64,000 nt of DNA from an uncultured Alphaproteobacteria bacterium (GCA_944389465.1 CALXML010000002.1:22633-86632); one strand, 5' to 3'; positions 1 to 10,099 are shown, numbered from the stretch's first letter. Translations and numbers: made by a program. The notes: generated by a model from the letters alone, not told the origin.

Positions 1-232
1 ATACTTGGGCCGCATTATTAAATATTTTTTGTGCATTTGTATCTGTGGCTGATTGTTTTATTATTTCATACAGTGGCATATCTGCATATGGCGTGCCGGT
101 TATTAAATCGTTCAGATTTTTAATATAAGTGGCCAAATGTTTGCCATGATGGCAATTCAGCGTTTCAGCGGACATATATGGCATTAAATCTTTTTCTGAA
201 AATTGTAATGGAAATTGTGACATGGAATACAT
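1..232 (-). CDS. sodB: Fe-type superoxide dismutase, N-terminal part (gene continues past window start)
   Basis: Absent from ORF track because it is open at the window edge. Minus-strand translation is MYSMSQFPLQFSEKDLMPYMSAETLNCHHGKHLATYIKNLNDLITGTPYADMPLYEIIKQS..NNAAQV, which matches the SodB N-terminus (..AETIEYHYGKHHQTYV..NNAAQVWNH). AAAGGAGAG SD upstream of the ATG at 232. Confidence 0.85.
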   Translation of the reverse strand, partial: MYSMSQFPLQFSEKDLMPYMSAETLNCHHGKHLATYIKNLNDLITGTPYADMPLYEIIKQSATDTNAQKIFNNAAQV

Positions 233-329
233 AAAACTCTCCTTTTATTGGTATTATTACCAAGGATTTTGCACATCGCGCATCAAAAAAACAACAGAAA
301 AATTTTCCGGTGGCGATGTTAAAAATGGC

Positions 330-358
330 TTGCACCGGCGGCAACGTATTTTTATAAT
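330..358 (+). promoter_or_regulatory. sigma70-like promoter for the thioredoxin-fold gene
   Basis: TTGCAC (330-335), 17-nt spacer, TATAAT (353-358), about 25 nt upstream of the start at 383. Confidence 0.6.
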
Positions 359-382
359 CCAACATAAGACAAAGGAGAAATT

Positions 383-973
383 ATGAAAAAATTATCATTT
401 TTGTTTGCGTTGGTTGGATTACTGGTTTGTGGCGCGGGCCACGCGGCTGATATAACGCTGTATTATTCACCGTATTGCCCACATTGCCATCATGCGCGCG
501 ACTTTTTTGTAAATAAAATGGTATATGAATACCCAGATTTGCGTGTTGTTCAAATCAATGTTATGGACGAAGCAAACCTGCCTGCATTCCAAGAAGTATT
601 GAAAAAATGCGAATATGATGATGGTGGCGTTCCTGTTATCGTTGTTGGTGACAAATGTTTTCAGGGCTATGCCGATTTTATGAATCAGGAATTACGCGAC
701 GCGGTGGAAGTGGACTTGTCCGATGCCGATAAAAAACAGGCCGCAGAAAACAAGAAAGCACTGGAAGAAAATCCAGAAGATTTCAAAAGCAAACATTCAG
801 ACCGTCAAAATGCAATAACAGAATATAATGCTGCCACTGCTGCGGCACAGGCGGCGATGGACGAAAAAAAAAATAGCGTTGCATCACCTGTTTACTTTTA
901 TGCACTGTTAATAATATTGGTTGCGGCATTGGCCTTTGTATTGGTCAGAAAAGATAATAAAAAGAAAAAATAA
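383..973 (+). CDS. secreted thioredoxin/glutaredoxin-fold thiol-disulfide oxidoreductase with C-terminal membrane anchor
   Basis: Signal peptide MKKLSFLFALVGLLVCGAGHA, CPHC active-site motif, GGVPVIVVG glutaredoxin-like strand, hydrophobic C-terminal helix plus KKKK tail. GGAGA SD. Confidence 0.7.
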   Translation: MKKLSFLFALVGLLVCGAGHAADITLYYSPYCPHCHHARDFFVNKMVYEYPDLRVVQINVMDEANLPAFQEVLKKCEYDDGGVPVIVVGDKCFQGYADFMNQELRDAVEVDLSDADKKQAAENKKALEENPEDFKSKHSDRQNAITEYNAATAAAQAAMDEKKNSVASPVYFYALLIILVAALAFVLVRKDNKKKK

Positions 974-1010
974 TATCTTTTAAACTGTACTGTATATTTG
1001 GGATTTGCCG

Positions 1011-1889
1011 ATGTTTGATTTAACTGTTTTGGATTATATATTTGTGGGTGTCATAGTGGCATCCACAGTATGGGCCACAATTCGTGGCGGAATATATGAA
1101 ACCATTGCAACATTGTCATGGGTGGTTGCTGCATTTGCTGCACGATTTATATCGCCACTGTTGGATAAATTGCTGCAAAGTTGGTTTGATTTATCCGCAT
1201 CCACGGTTGGCACGCTGGTGGCATCATATTTTATTGTATTTTTTGTAATATTGATGTTGGTCGGTTTCTTTAACCAACGCCTGCGTGAAAAAATTCAAAA
1301 CAGTATTATGAAGGTTACAGACAGAACACTGGGGATTATATTTGGTATTATCCGTGGTATTGTAATAATGGGCGTCGTTTATTGGTGTGCATTGTGGTAT
1401 TATTCTGATGCGCCACGTTTGGCACCATGGGTTGAACAGGCCCGTACCCGCCCAATTATGCAGTTAACCGCGGTAAAACTGGACGAATGGTTTTTCCCCG
1501 GACCGACCAGTAAATTATTGGCGCGCGATATGACCGGCTCGCGAGAGGCACAGGCAATATTTGAAAACCTGATAAATCCGGCTGTATCCGAACAGTCTGA
1601 ATCCGCAACAACAACGGAATCAGACAGTGCAGAAACAGGATATAAATCTTCTGAACGTTCCGCGTTGGAAAAGCAATTATTGCAAATTGAAAATGCTGCC
1701 CGTGCCGAAGAGGAACGCGCCGCTGCAGAATCTGGGGCTGATACCACAGAATCAACAAATAATGCATCGGTGGCAACTGATTCAACTGCTGCCGCCACGG
1801 CCGCAATGGAAAATGCGGCTGATGATTTTGGCACAACTGATTCTGCCCCACAATATGGCAGTGCGGATGCGCCTGTAACATCAGATTAA
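1011..1889 (+). CDS. cvpA: CvpA (colicin V production) family membrane protein with Ala/Ser/Thr/Glu-rich tail
   Basis: N-terminus MFDLTVLDYIFVGVIVASTVWATIRGGIYE... and four TM segments are typical of CvpA. ATG at 1011 preferred over the TTG at 1005. Confidence 0.7.
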   Translation: MFDLTVLDYIFVGVIVASTVWATIRGGIYETIATLSWVVAAFAARFISPLLDKLLQSWFDLSASTVGTLVASYFIVFFVILMLVGFFNQRLREKIQNSIMKVTDRTLGIIFGIIRGIVIMGVVYWCALWYYSDAPRLAPWVEQARTRPIMQLTAVKLDEWFFPGPTSKLLARDMTGSREAQAIFENLINPAVSEQSESATTTESDSAETGYKSSERSALEKQLLQIENAARAEEERAAAESGADTTESTNNASVATDSTAAATAAMENAADDFGTTDSAPQYGSADAPVTSD

Positions 1890-1912
1890 AAAACAGCATT
1901 GTAATTGTTTGG

Positions 1913-1937
1913 CCCGCCACAAATGTGGCGGGTTTTT
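1913..1937 (+). terminator. intrinsic terminator after cvpA
   Basis: CCCGCCAC-AAAT-GTGGCGGG hairpin followed by TTTTT. It also argues against the 1905 start of the next ORF. Confidence 0.75.
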
Positions 1938-1994
1938 GTTCCTGATGATTTTTTTGCGGGTATATGCACAATATATGCATATATGGGGGACAAT

Positions 1995-2735
1995 ATGAAA
2001 AAAATAACTTTTACAATATTGGCTGTCTTATTGGCCACACCAATGGCATATGCAGCAGATAATAATGCCGCCCGTGGGGTAAATCCTGCGGACAACCTGA
2101 CCAGAATAGAATTATTGCCGCAATTACGTGCATTTGGTGATTCTTCTATTACATCATTAACATTAAAATATGACCACGCGATTCGTAAAGTGTTTGGCAT
2201 TAATGCAGAATTGCCAATATTGCGTTACAGTGGATATGGCAAATCTGATAATGGATTGGGGGATTTAACCCTGCGTGCCCGCGCCCAGCATACTTGGGGC
2301 CGGCATACATTAATCGGTGCGACCGAATTTTTGTTGCCAACCGCAACCGAAGATACACTGGGGGCGCAACAGTACACGTTTGACCCAATATTGGGGTATG
2401 TTTATTCTTTTGGTCATAATGTATTTGGTGCGTTGGTTGCAAAACAGTTTATTTCACTGCATAACACCGACCCAGATATTTCACCCGATATAAACCAAGG
2501 ACAATACAGAATGCTGTTGGGATATGCATCACAACGTGGTTGGTGGGCATTGGTTGACCCGCAAATTTGGATAAATTTTGAAACCGGTCACCAAGAAATT
2601 CTGGCCGAAGCCGAACTGGGCACAATGTTAAATCAAACAACAGGCGTATGGATTCGTGCGGGACATCGTTTGGGCGGTAATTGGCATCGTAACGATTGGA
2701 CGGTAATGATGGGCATCAGATTTATGAAGTTCTGA
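1995..2735 (+). CDS. outer-membrane beta-barrel protein (MetA-pathway/transporter-like family)
   Basis: Signal peptide MKKITFTILAVLLATPMAYA at the internal ATG 1995 with a GGGGG SD. GLGDLTLRAR motif, alternating beta pattern, C-terminal ...IRFMKF. Confidence 0.6.
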   Translation: MKKITFTILAVLLATPMAYAADNNAARGVNPADNLTRIELLPQLRAFGDSSITSLTLKYDHAIRKVFGINAELPILRYSGYGKSDNGLGDLTLRARAQHTWGRHTLIGATEFLLPTATEDTLGAQQYTFDPILGYVYSFGHNVFGALVAKQFISLHNTDPDISPDINQGQYRMLLGYASQRGWWALVDPQIWINFETGHQEILAEAELGTMLNQTTGVWIRAGHRLGGNWHRNDWTVMMGIRFMKF

Positions 2736-2814
2736 TTATTGTCTGCGGGATTCGTTCCTGATGATTTTATTTGCTAAATCAGCAAAAATAAAATCGTACC
2801 AAAGGAGAGAGAAA

Positions 2815-3360
2815 ATGTTTTTAAAATCAAAAATCGGTTTAACCGTTTTATCACTGTATGAAATTATTGCAGTAATATTATTGCACTGTCCACGTACGTG
2901 CGACGCAATGTTTGGCGGCACATTTTGTAACGACCACGTGTTCAAATATTTTGTAATGTGCTTTGCCGTGCCAATGGTGGTGTTTTTAATCGCAATGTGG
3001 ATTATGGAAATCATTGAACGCGTTCGTCGTCGCCATTCTTTGTTTTACAAGGCAAAGCACGCAGTAAAACATATGGCGTCAAATATTCGCGACCGCGTAT
3101 CAGAATCAGTATCATCCGGCGATATTGAAAAAATGATAAGTGCCGCATTGGTTTTGGGTCTGAAAAAATATTCAGACCGTAACCCCCGTGCGCGCAGGAT
3201 GTTAAACGATATTATGGATGGTGAATACGGCGATGTGGACGTTGAATATGATGAATATGAAATGGATGATGACGACACAGATTATGAATATACAGAAAGT
3301 AATCAGCGCGGCAACAAATCCAACAAGTCCCAGCAAAGAAATAACAGAAAGAAAAAATAA
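2815..3360 (+). CDS. hypothetical membrane protein with acidic then basic C-terminal tail
   Basis: AAAGGAGAG SD before ATG 2815. Two TM helices, a DDDD/E/Y-rich region, and an ending of NNRKKK. No recognisable family. Confidence 0.5.
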   Translation: MFLKSKIGLTVLSLYEIIAVILLHCPRTCDAMFGGTFCNDHVFKYFVMCFAVPMVVFLIAMWIMEIIERVRRRHSLFYKAKHAVKHMASNIRDRVSESVSSGDIEKMISAALVLGLKKYSDRNPRARRMLNDIMDGEYGDVDVEYDEYEMDDDDTDYEYTESNQRGNKSNKSQQRNNRKKK

Positions 3361-3380
3361 AAAATATACGGTTTCCGACA

Positions 3381-3412
3381 CCAAAAACCCCACCGCCCAT
3401 TGGGCGGTGCGG
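3381..3412. terminator. bidirectional intrinsic terminator
   Basis: CACCGCCCA-T-TGGGCGGTG palindrome flanked by an A run (plus strand) and a T run on the minus strand. Lies between convergent genes. Confidence 0.7.
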
Positions 3413-3416
3413 TTAT

Positions 3417-3830
3417 TTATAATGATACAGTCTGAATTACATTCATATCTTTTTGACAATACATTATAGGCAGTTTTACTTTATTATTTCTGTCATAACA
3501 TATTGTCATATCGCCGTCTTTCATTTCAACCAAGTGTACGGGCTTTGGCATTTGTGCCAGACAATAAGAATAAGATACAACCTGTTTTTCCAGAATATCA
3601 CATAAACGTTCACTCTCTTCATATTCACCGGAGACTTCAACTTGATTCCCACATTGGTCTATGGCAGTAAATGGTGCTGATTTCTGTATCACCCGTTTTG
3701 GGGTATTAACACATACTGGAACTTCTGAACCGTTAAAGTTTTCCAAAGAATAATTGTTTAGTATAACATAATTTTTTGCACAGCCACATAACAAGAAAGC
3801 GATACCGACATAGCAAATATATTTTTTCAT
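3417..3830 (-). CDS. hypothetical lipoprotein
   Basis: MKKYICYVGIAFLLCGCAKN signal peptide with lipobox-like LCGC. No family recognised. Confidence 0.55.
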   Translation of the reverse strand: MKKYICYVGIAFLLCGCAKNYVILNNYSLENFNGSEVPVCVNTPKRVIQKSAPFTAIDQCGNQVEVSGEYEESERLCDILEKQVVSYSYCLAQMPKPVHLVEMKDGDMTICYDRNNKVKLPIMYCQKDMNVIQTVSL

Positions 3831-3843
3831 AGACAGTCACCTT

Positions 3844-3868
3844 ATAAAAACACCGCCTGCGTGGCGGT
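3844..3868 (-). terminator. intrinsic terminator downstream of tRNA-Thr
   Basis: Minus strand ACCGCCACGCAGGCGGT hairpin followed by a T-rich run. Confidence 0.65.
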
Positions 3869-3877
3869 TTAAAATTC

Positions 3878-3953
3878 TGGTGCCGGATGTCGGACTTGAA
3901 CCAACGACCCTCTGATTACAAATCAGATGCTCTACCAGCTGAGCTAATCCGGC
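3878..3953 (-). tRNA. tRNA-Thr (anticodon UGU)
   Basis: GCCGGATTAGCTCAGCTGGTAGAGCATCTGATTTGTAATCAGAGGGTCGTTGGTTCAAGTCCGACATCCGGCACCA. Cloverleaf folds by hand, anticodon loop TTTGTAA, encoded CCA. Confidence 0.95.
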
Positions 3954-4050
3954 AACGTGCTTTACTATACATTGTTGCAAAGTAAATTTCAAGTCAAAAA
4001 ATTCATAATTTGCTTGCATTCTGGAAATAACTGTAAAAAATATAATCATT

Positions 4051-5295
4051 ATGATTAAGTTACCTGAATTATTGGCTCCGGCGGGGACGTTGGATGCTTT
4101 CAAAACCGCCATTTTATATGGGGCGGACGCAATTTATGCCGGATTACCCGGTTTTTCCATGCGTGCGCGCGCAAAAATCACAACTGATGAAGTGCGCGCC
4201 GGTATTGAATTGGCGCACGCCGCGGGGCGCAAAGTATATTTGGCATTTAACCTGTTCGCGCACGAACGCGATTTTACAAATATGTCGCATGTCAGCGATG
4301 TTATTAATTATTTGCGTCCTGATGCGTTAATTGTTTCAGATGCGGGCGTATTGATGTGGGTGCGTGAACATCACCCTGATATGCCGATACACATATCAAC
4401 ACAGGCAAACATTTGTTCGTCTGCGTCTGTGCGTTTTTGGCAGGCCGCCGGCGCACGTCTGTGCGTCCTTGCGCGCGAGGTTTCCCACGACGAATTTAAA
4501 ATAATTCGTGAAAAGTGTCCGGATATCGGTTTGGAAATTTTTGTTCATGGCGCGATGTGTATGTCTTATTCAGGACGTTGTTTGTTATCTAATTTTATAA
4601 CGGGACGTCCGGCCAACCGCGGTGCGTGTGCGCAATTGTGCCGGTGGAATTATGATGTAATCCTGCGTGAACACGACACTGGAATTGAAATGCCGATTGA
4701 CGAAGACGACCGTGGCGCATACATTATGAACGCGCGTGATTTATGTTTAATGCCGCGCCTGCGTGAAGTTATTGAATCGCGCCCCGATTCATTAAAAATA
4801 GAGGGCCGCAACCGCAGTGAATACTATGTTGGTGCGGTTGTGCACGCGTATCGCGGTGCGTTGGATGCGTATGCGCGCGACCCAGAAAATTTTGACCCTG
4901 CGCCATTTATGGCGGAATTAAATCGTTTGGAATCGCGCGGATACACCACGGCGTTTTTTGATGGGCCTGTTGGACCGGATGCGCATAATTATAACAGTGC
5001 GCGTTCAACTTCTGATTGGCATGTGGCAGGCGTAATAACCGCGGTGGACGACGAAAAAATTACACTGGAATTACGTAATGAAATCAGGCAAGACGCTGAA
5101 ATAACATTTATTATGCCACATATGGAACAGGGCATATCTGTTAAATTACCACAAATAATAAACGCCGCAAATGGCGCGGTGACCCCAAAAATGTCCGCGG
5201 GCCAGCATAACAGTTTAATTATACCGCGCATATGGTTGGGCAAGCAAAATTCAGATAAATTTGTTCCATATATTTTGGCATATAAACATAAGTAA
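4051..5295 (+). CDS. peptidase U32 family protein (RlhA/TrhP-type RNA hydroxylation enzyme family)
   Basis: ELLAPAGTLDAFKTAILYGADAIYAG... and EIFVHGAMCMSYSGRCLLSNF motifs are characteristic of U32. Confidence 0.85.
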   Translation: MIKLPELLAPAGTLDAFKTAILYGADAIYAGLPGFSMRARAKITTDEVRAGIELAHAAGRKVYLAFNLFAHERDFTNMSHVSDVINYLRPDALIVSDAGVLMWVREHHPDMPIHISTQANICSSASVRFWQAAGARLCVLAREVSHDEFKIIREKCPDIGLEIFVHGAMCMSYSGRCLLSNFITGRPANRGACAQLCRWNYDVILREHDTGIEMPIDEDDRGAYIMNARDLCLMPRLREVIESRPDSLKIEGRNRSEYYVGAVVHAYRGALDAYARDPENFDPAPFMAELNRLESRGYTTAFFDGPVGPDAHNYNSARSTSDWHVAGVITAVDDEKITLELRNEIRQDAEITFIMPHMEQGISVKLPQIINAANGAVTPKMSAGQHNSLIIPRIWLGKQNSDKFVPYILAYKHK

Positions 5296-5305
5296 AAATT
5301 TGTAA

Positions 5306-5334
5306 TAAAAAACGCCCATTTGGGCGTTTTTTTA
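5306..5334. terminator. bidirectional intrinsic terminator
   Basis: AAAAAACGCCCATTTGGGCGTTTTTTT between convergent U32 and glyQS. Confidence 0.8.
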
Positions 5335-6702
5335 TTTTTCGTTTTTGGTAATTATATCCATCAATTTGGCCGGTACGTCCGCCACAGCAATGCGTTCCTG
5401 TTGCATTGTATCACGGTAACGCAGGGTTACGGTGTTATCTTCCATCGTTTGATGGTCAACAGTAATGCAAACAGGTGTCCCAATTTCATCATGACGACGA
5501 TAGTTTTTACCAATATTACCAGAATTTTCCAATTCAATGCGGCCAATATTTAATTTGCGCAAATCATTTTCAATATTGTTCGCAATGTTGACCAATTCAG
5601 GAACGTTGCGCGCCAATGGAATAACAGCGGCCTTAACCGGTGACAAAGCCGGCTTTAATTTTAATACAACGCGTGATTTTCCATCAGGTAATTGTTCTTC
5701 GGTATATGCGTCCAGCATCACCGCCAACATTGCACGATTAACACCCATCGCAGTTTCAATTACAAATGGGATAAAACTGTCGCCGGTTTGTGGGTCGCTG
5801 TACGCCAATTTAACAGTACTGTCATGGTTTTCCATAACGTGCGCCTGAATATTAAATTCATTTTGTGATTTGGTGTGTGAACCCAAATCAAAATCCTGAC
5901 GGTTATGAACACCTTCTACTTCGTCAAATCCATCTGGAAATTCGTATTCAATATCACCAGCAGCCTTGGCATAATGGGCCAATTTTTCATGTGGGGTAAA
6001 GCGTAATTTTTCAGCCGGTATACCCAACGTGTTAATCCACCAATCCATACGGATTTTTTTCCACATTTCAAAATATTTTTCATCATCGGCCGGATTTACA
6101 AAGTATTGCATTTCAGCCTGTTCAAATTCGCGCATACGAAATACGAATCCACGTGGTGAAATTTCGTTACGGAAAGCCTTGCCAATTTGGGCAATCCCAA
6201 ACGGCAGTTTGTGCGGGCATGCGTCCATTACGTTTTTGAAATTAACATATGTTGTTGTTGCGGTTTCAGGACGCAGATAAGCATTTATTGCACCATCCGC
6301 CGTTGCCCCAATGGACAGCCCCATCATTAATTGATATGCCCGTGGTGGGGTTAAATCAGTACTGCCGCAATTATCGCACTTTGTTTGGTCGCGCATTTTG
6401 TCCTGACGCATACGTGCGCCACACTTTTTGCATTCAACCAGTGGGTCGGAAAAACTGGCCTCGTGCCCAGAATATTTCCACAATAAACGATTGCTAATCA
6501 ATGCGGCATCCAGACCCTCTATATCATTGCGTGAATAAACCATGGAATTCCACCATGCATTACGAATATTTTTCATCAATTCAACGCCGTATGGGCCATA
6601 ATCATATGCACCACCCAATCCGCCATAAATTTCAGAACCTGTAAAAATAAAACCGCGCCGCTTGCATAATGCGACAATATCATTAACTGTTTTTGCTGGC
6701 AT
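5332..6702 (-). CDS. glyQS: glycine--tRNA ligase (homodimeric class II GlyQS type)
   Basis: N-terminus ...LCKRRGFIFTGSEIYGGLGGAYDYGPYGVELMKNIRNAWW and full length of 456 aa are typical of GlyQS. Confidence 0.95.
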   Translation of the reverse strand: MPAKTVNDIVALCKRRGFIFTGSEIYGGLGGAYDYGPYGVELMKNIRNAWWNSMVYSRNDIEGLDAALISNRLLWKYSGHEASFSDPLVECKKCGARMRQDKMRDQTKCDNCGSTDLTPPRAYQLMMGLSIGATADGAINAYLRPETATTTYVNFKNVMDACPHKLPFGIAQIGKAFRNEISPRGFVFRMREFEQAEMQYFVNPADDEKYFEMWKKIRMDWWINTLGIPAEKLRFTPHEKLAHYAKAAGDIEYEFPDGFDEVEGVHNRQDFDLGSHTKSQNEFNIQAHVMENHDSTVKLAYSDPQTGDSFIPFVIETAMGVNRAMLAVMLDAYTEEQLPDGKSRVVLKLKPALSPVKAAVIPLARNVPELVNIANNIENDLRKLNIGRIELENSGNIGKNYRRHDEIGTPVCITVDHQTMEDNTVTLRYRDTMQQERIAVADVPAKLMDIITKNEK

Positions 6703-6769
6703 TTTTAACCCCTAAAATTAACTGTGGTAATTGTTATACAGAATTTCAATTTTTGCAACTGTTTTCCAA

Positions 6770-6792
6770 ATAAAAAGGGGGCAATGCCCCCA
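6770..6792 (-). terminator. intrinsic terminator after the ferredoxin gene
   Basis: GGGGGCAATGCCCCC hairpin with a T run on the minus strand. Confidence 0.7.
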
Positions 6793-6810
6793 GTTTTAAT
6801 AAATACCTTT

Positions 6811-6993
6811 TTATTTTGCATCGGGTGCAATTGCAGCAACCGGACATACAGATGCACATGTGCCACATGAAATGCACTTTGCTGGGTCAATTACACATTT
6901 GCCATCCGCGCCAACGGAAATCGCCATAACAGGGCACATCCCCATACATGTATGACAACCTATGCATTTTGCTGGGTCAATTTTATAAGCCAT
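6811..6993 (-). CDS. 2x[4Fe-4S] clostridial-type ferredoxin
   Basis: Two CxxCxxCxxxCP motifs (CIGCHTCMGMCP and CISCGTCASVCP) in 60 aa. Confidence 0.95.
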   Translation of the reverse strand: MAYKIDPAKCIGCHTCMGMCPVMAISVGADGKCVIDPAKCISCGTCASVCPVAAIAPDAK

Positions 6994-7021
6994 TTTTAAT
7001 ACTCCATCTTTTGGTTTATGT

Positions 7022-7768
7022 TTAATTTCTGTTCAGCAAATTTAACAGATATTGGAACATTGCGATAAAGGATATGTACAGATGCAACGCACCCAACACA
7101 GCCAATTGATTTTTTTGCGCACCGTCACCACCCAATACTGCATATGCACGTTTCAGATTTTGCATATCATATGCGGTGAACAATGCAAATACTAAAATTC
7201 CGATAAAGCATACAATTGTACCAAATGTACCACCAACAATTGCCGGCCATATAAATGAAGCCAAACCGACCAAGATTAAACCAATCATTCCCATAAACAG
7301 GAATATCCCCAGAAATGATAAATCTTTGACAGTTTTGTATCCAAACAATGCCATGCACGCAAACATCAGTGCCGATATGACAAATGCTGATAATATAGTT
7401 AACGGATTATTTGTCACGGCAACCAATAATAACGGTGTCATAACAATTCCAGTCAGGATTGCATACAAAAACAGCATCAATGCGCCGGTTGATGGTTTAA
7501 AACTGAATGCGCGCACCTGTGCCCAAATGGCCAAAGCCAAACCACCAAACAATAATATGTAATATACAGCAGACAATCCAGTTGCTGTAAATAATACCGT
7601 CCATAATGGTGTGGCCATTGTGATGTATGCCGCCAATGCGGTAACCGCAACCGCACCGAACATCAGTGCGAAAATTCGTTTTAAATATAATTCAATTCCA
7701 CCGCCAGATTTTACATGTGCTGGGCCGTCTGGGGCTTTTGTTTTTAATGCGACATTACGTATTGCCAT
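7022..7768 (-). CDS. Bax inhibitor-1/YccA family membrane protein
   Basis: Seven TM segments and a C-terminal ...LGALHLYISFIAMFQYLLNLL signature typical of the BI-1/YccA family. Confidence 0.85.
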   Translation of the reverse strand: MAIRNVALKTKAPDGPAHVKSGGGIELYLKRIFALMFGAVAVTALAAYITMATPLWTVLFTATGLSAVYYILLFGGLALAIWAQVRAFSFKPSTGALMLFLYAILTGIVMTPLLLVAVTNNPLTILSAFVISALMFACMALFGYKTVKDLSFLGIFLFMGMIGLILVGLASFIWPAIVGGTFGTIVCFIGILVFALFTAYDMQNLKRAYAVLGGDGAQKNQLAVLGALHLYISFIAMFQYLLNLLNRN

Positions 7769-7847
7769 TTTTTTTCTCCTTGTTAGTTATCACAATATAT
7801 AATACAATGTGTGCGATAATTCAAGTGAAACAACAGGGGGAATGTCT

Positions 7848-8078
7848 ATGCCGACAAAAAATGAGAAAGCGCGTCGTGCACGTACTAAATTAATTGGACA
7901 AAAGCCTGATTGTATATCCACACCAAAAAAATCAACAGTTGTGGCACAATTAAAGGCTGATTTGAAAAATGCCCAAATTAAATTGCGCGAAAAACAGGCC
8001 GAACACGATGAACACGCCGTTAAACGCCTGAATACAATCATTGATAATTTGCAACAAACAATTGCACGTCAGGCATAG
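7848..8078 (+). CDS. small basic coiled-coil protein, unknown function
   Basis: AGGGGG SD 7 nt before ATG 7848. MPTKNEKARRARTKL... with lysine-rich helical repeats. No family recognised. Confidence 0.45.
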   Translation: MPTKNEKARRARTKLIGQKPDCISTPKKSTVVAQLKADLKNAQIKLREKQAEHDEHAVKRLNTIIDNLQQTIARQA

Positions 8079-8093
8079 CAGGGGACACACGCA

Positions 8094-8927
8094 ATGGCAA
8101 TAACGATAAATCCTATTTCGCCGGTGGCGTTTTCAGTGTTTGGTTTGGATGTGCGCTGGTACGCATTGGCGTATGTTGCCGCGTTTGTAATCGGGTATTT
8201 TATGCTGCGCCATTTTGTGCGTCGCACGGACAGCCAAATAAAATTGGACAAACGTCAATTGGATGATTTGCTAACTGCAATTATATTGGGTGTCATAATC
8301 GGTGGTCGTTTGGGATATGTGCTGTTGTATAACCTGCCATTTTTTCTGGCGCATCCATTGGAAATATTTGCGGTTTGGCATGGCGGGATGAGTTTCCATG
8401 GCGGACTGATTGGTGTGATTGTGGCGGTGTTTTTATTTGCACATAATCAAATAAAGCATAAACAAATTCAGGGCACAACGTATAAAACCGCATTTAATAT
8501 ATTGGATATATTGGCGGTTATCGCACCTGTTGGCCTGTTTTTCGGCCGTATTGCTAATTTTATTAATATAGAGGTTATGGGCCGTCCCACAGATGTCCCA
8601 TGGGCGGTTGTATTTGCCGGTCATACAACAATTCCGCGTCACCCCAGCCCTTTGTACGAGGCCACAACCGAAGGCATCCTGTTATTCATAATAATGTATT
8701 GCCTGTATCGGTTTACTGGATTGCGACGTTATGCCGGTGCACTGGGCGGAATATTGGCAATGTTATATGCGGTATTCAGAATTTTTTGCGAACAATTTCG
8801 TGCGCCCGATGTGCAAATTGGTTTTTTAACCAGTTGGGGGCTGACAATGGGACAATTACTGTCTGCAATAATGTTTGTGGCCGGTGCGGTAATTTTTGCT
8901 TTTGCATTCAGAAAAAACGTGAAATAA
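8094..8927 (+). CDS. lgt: prolipoprotein diacylglyceryl transferase
   Basis: WHGGMSFHGGLIG, FGRIANFINIEVMGRPTDVPWAVVF and RHPSPLYEA motifs. Confidence 0.95.
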   Translation: MAITINPISPVAFSVFGLDVRWYALAYVAAFVIGYFMLRHFVRRTDSQIKLDKRQLDDLLTAIILGVIIGGRLGYVLLYNLPFFLAHPLEIFAVWHGGMSFHGGLIGVIVAVFLFAHNQIKHKQIQGTTYKTAFNILDILAVIAPVGLFFGRIANFINIEVMGRPTDVPWAVVFAGHTTIPRHPSPLYEATTEGILLFIIMYCLYRFTGLRRYAGALGGILAMLYAVFRIFCEQFRAPDVQIGFLTSWGLTMGQLLSAIMFVAGAVIFAFAFRKNVK

Positions 8928-8957
8928 AAAAACACCGGCAATTGCCGGCGTTTTTTT
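8926..8957. terminator. bidirectional intrinsic terminator
   Basis: AAAAAACACCGGCAATTGCCGGCGTTTTTTT between convergent lgt and rfbB. Confidence 0.8.
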
Positions 8958-9975
8958 AACGCATTTTTTGTAAATACCAATCAACGGTTTTTATAATTCC
9001 GCGGTCAAAGGTTTCCTGTGCACGCCACCCCAGTTCACTTTTCAGTTTTGATGCATCAATTGCATATCGCAAATCGTGCCCCGGTCTGTCGGCAACAAAG
9101 GTTATTAAATCAGAATGCTTGCCAAATTTGCGTGGCATTTTTTTATCCATTATCGCACAGATGGTGTTTACAATTTGCATATTTGTGCGTTCATTGTGGC
9201 CACCAATGTTATAAGTTTGTCCCGCGCGACCATGATGGAAAATTAAATCAATTGCATACGCATGGTCCATTACATACAACCAATCGCGAACATTTTCGCC
9301 GCGCCCATAAATCGGAATAGGTTGCCAATTAACGCAGTTCTGAATAATTTTCGGAATCAATTTTTCCGGATGCTGTTTTGGTCCATAATTGTTTGAGCAA
9401 TTGGATATGGTTGTGTTTAATCCAAATGTGCGATGCCACGCGCTGACCAAATGGTCGGACGCGGCCTTGGACGCAGAATAAGGACTGCTGGGGTCATATG
9501 GTGTTGTTTCACTAAACAATCCCTCTTGCCCCAGTGCGCCATAAACTTCGTCCGTTGAAATGTGGTGGAATCTGTCAGATTCATGGCCAATCTTTACACG
9601 GTGGGGTGCGTCCATCCAATTGTTGCGTGCAGCCTGCAGTAAATTTGCCGTGCCAACGATGTTTGTGTTTATAAACGCCATTGGGCCAGTGATTGAGTTG
9701 TCAACATGACTTTCCGCGGCAAAATGAATTACACCACGAATGTTACAATCATGGAATATGGAATCTATTAAATTTGCATCGCATATGTCGCCCTGAATGA
9801 ATGTGTAATTCGGCATATTTTTGCATTCAGTTAAGTTTTCTAAATTCGCCGCGTATGTCAGTTTGTCTAAATTAAAAATACGATATTCTGGATATCTTTG
9901 CGCAAAATACGGAACAAAATTAGAACCGATAAAGCCCGCGCCACCGGTAACTAAAACAGATTTATACATTGTCAC
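8956..9975 (-). CDS. rfbB: dTDP-glucose 4,6-dehydratase
   Basis: VTGGAGFIGSNFV Rossmann motif, YSASKAASDHLV catalytic YxxxK, 339 aa. Confidence 0.93.
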   Translation of the reverse strand: MTMYKSVLVTGGAGFIGSNFVPYFAQRYPEYRIFNLDKLTYAANLENLTECKNMPNYTFIQGDICDANLIDSIFHDCNIRGVIHFAAESHVDNSITGPMAFINTNIVGTANLLQAARNNWMDAPHRVKIGHESDRFHHISTDEVYGALGQEGLFSETTPYDPSSPYSASKAASDHLVSAWHRTFGLNTTISNCSNNYGPKQHPEKLIPKIIQNCVNWQPIPIYGRGENVRDWLYVMDHAYAIDLIFHHGRAGQTYNIGGHNERTNMQIVNTICAIMDKKMPRKFGKHSDLITFVADRPGHDLRYAIDASKLKSELGWRAQETFDRGIIKTVDWYLQKMR

Positions 9976-10060
9976 AGCCCTTTTGGTTGGCTCTCTCTGT
10001 GTGACATAATAACATATACTTATGCTGGTTCAAGAACAATAATTTAACTGTACAGATGAA

Positions 10061-10089
10061 TTGACAACCGTATTCTGGTACTGTATAAT
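10061..10089 (+). promoter_or_regulatory. consensus sigma70 promoter driving the tRNA-Ser leader
   Basis: TTGACA (10061-10066), exactly 17 nt, TATAAT (10084-10089). Confidence 0.8.
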
Positions 10090-10099
10090 ACACACCGTT

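Noticed and set aside
1400-1980. 144-aa and 174-aa minus-strand ORFs overlapping the cvpA tail
   Set aside because: They are antisense to the low-complexity Ala/Thr/Glu-rich 3' part of cvpA. They have no start context, and the terminator at 1913-1937 belongs to the plus strand.
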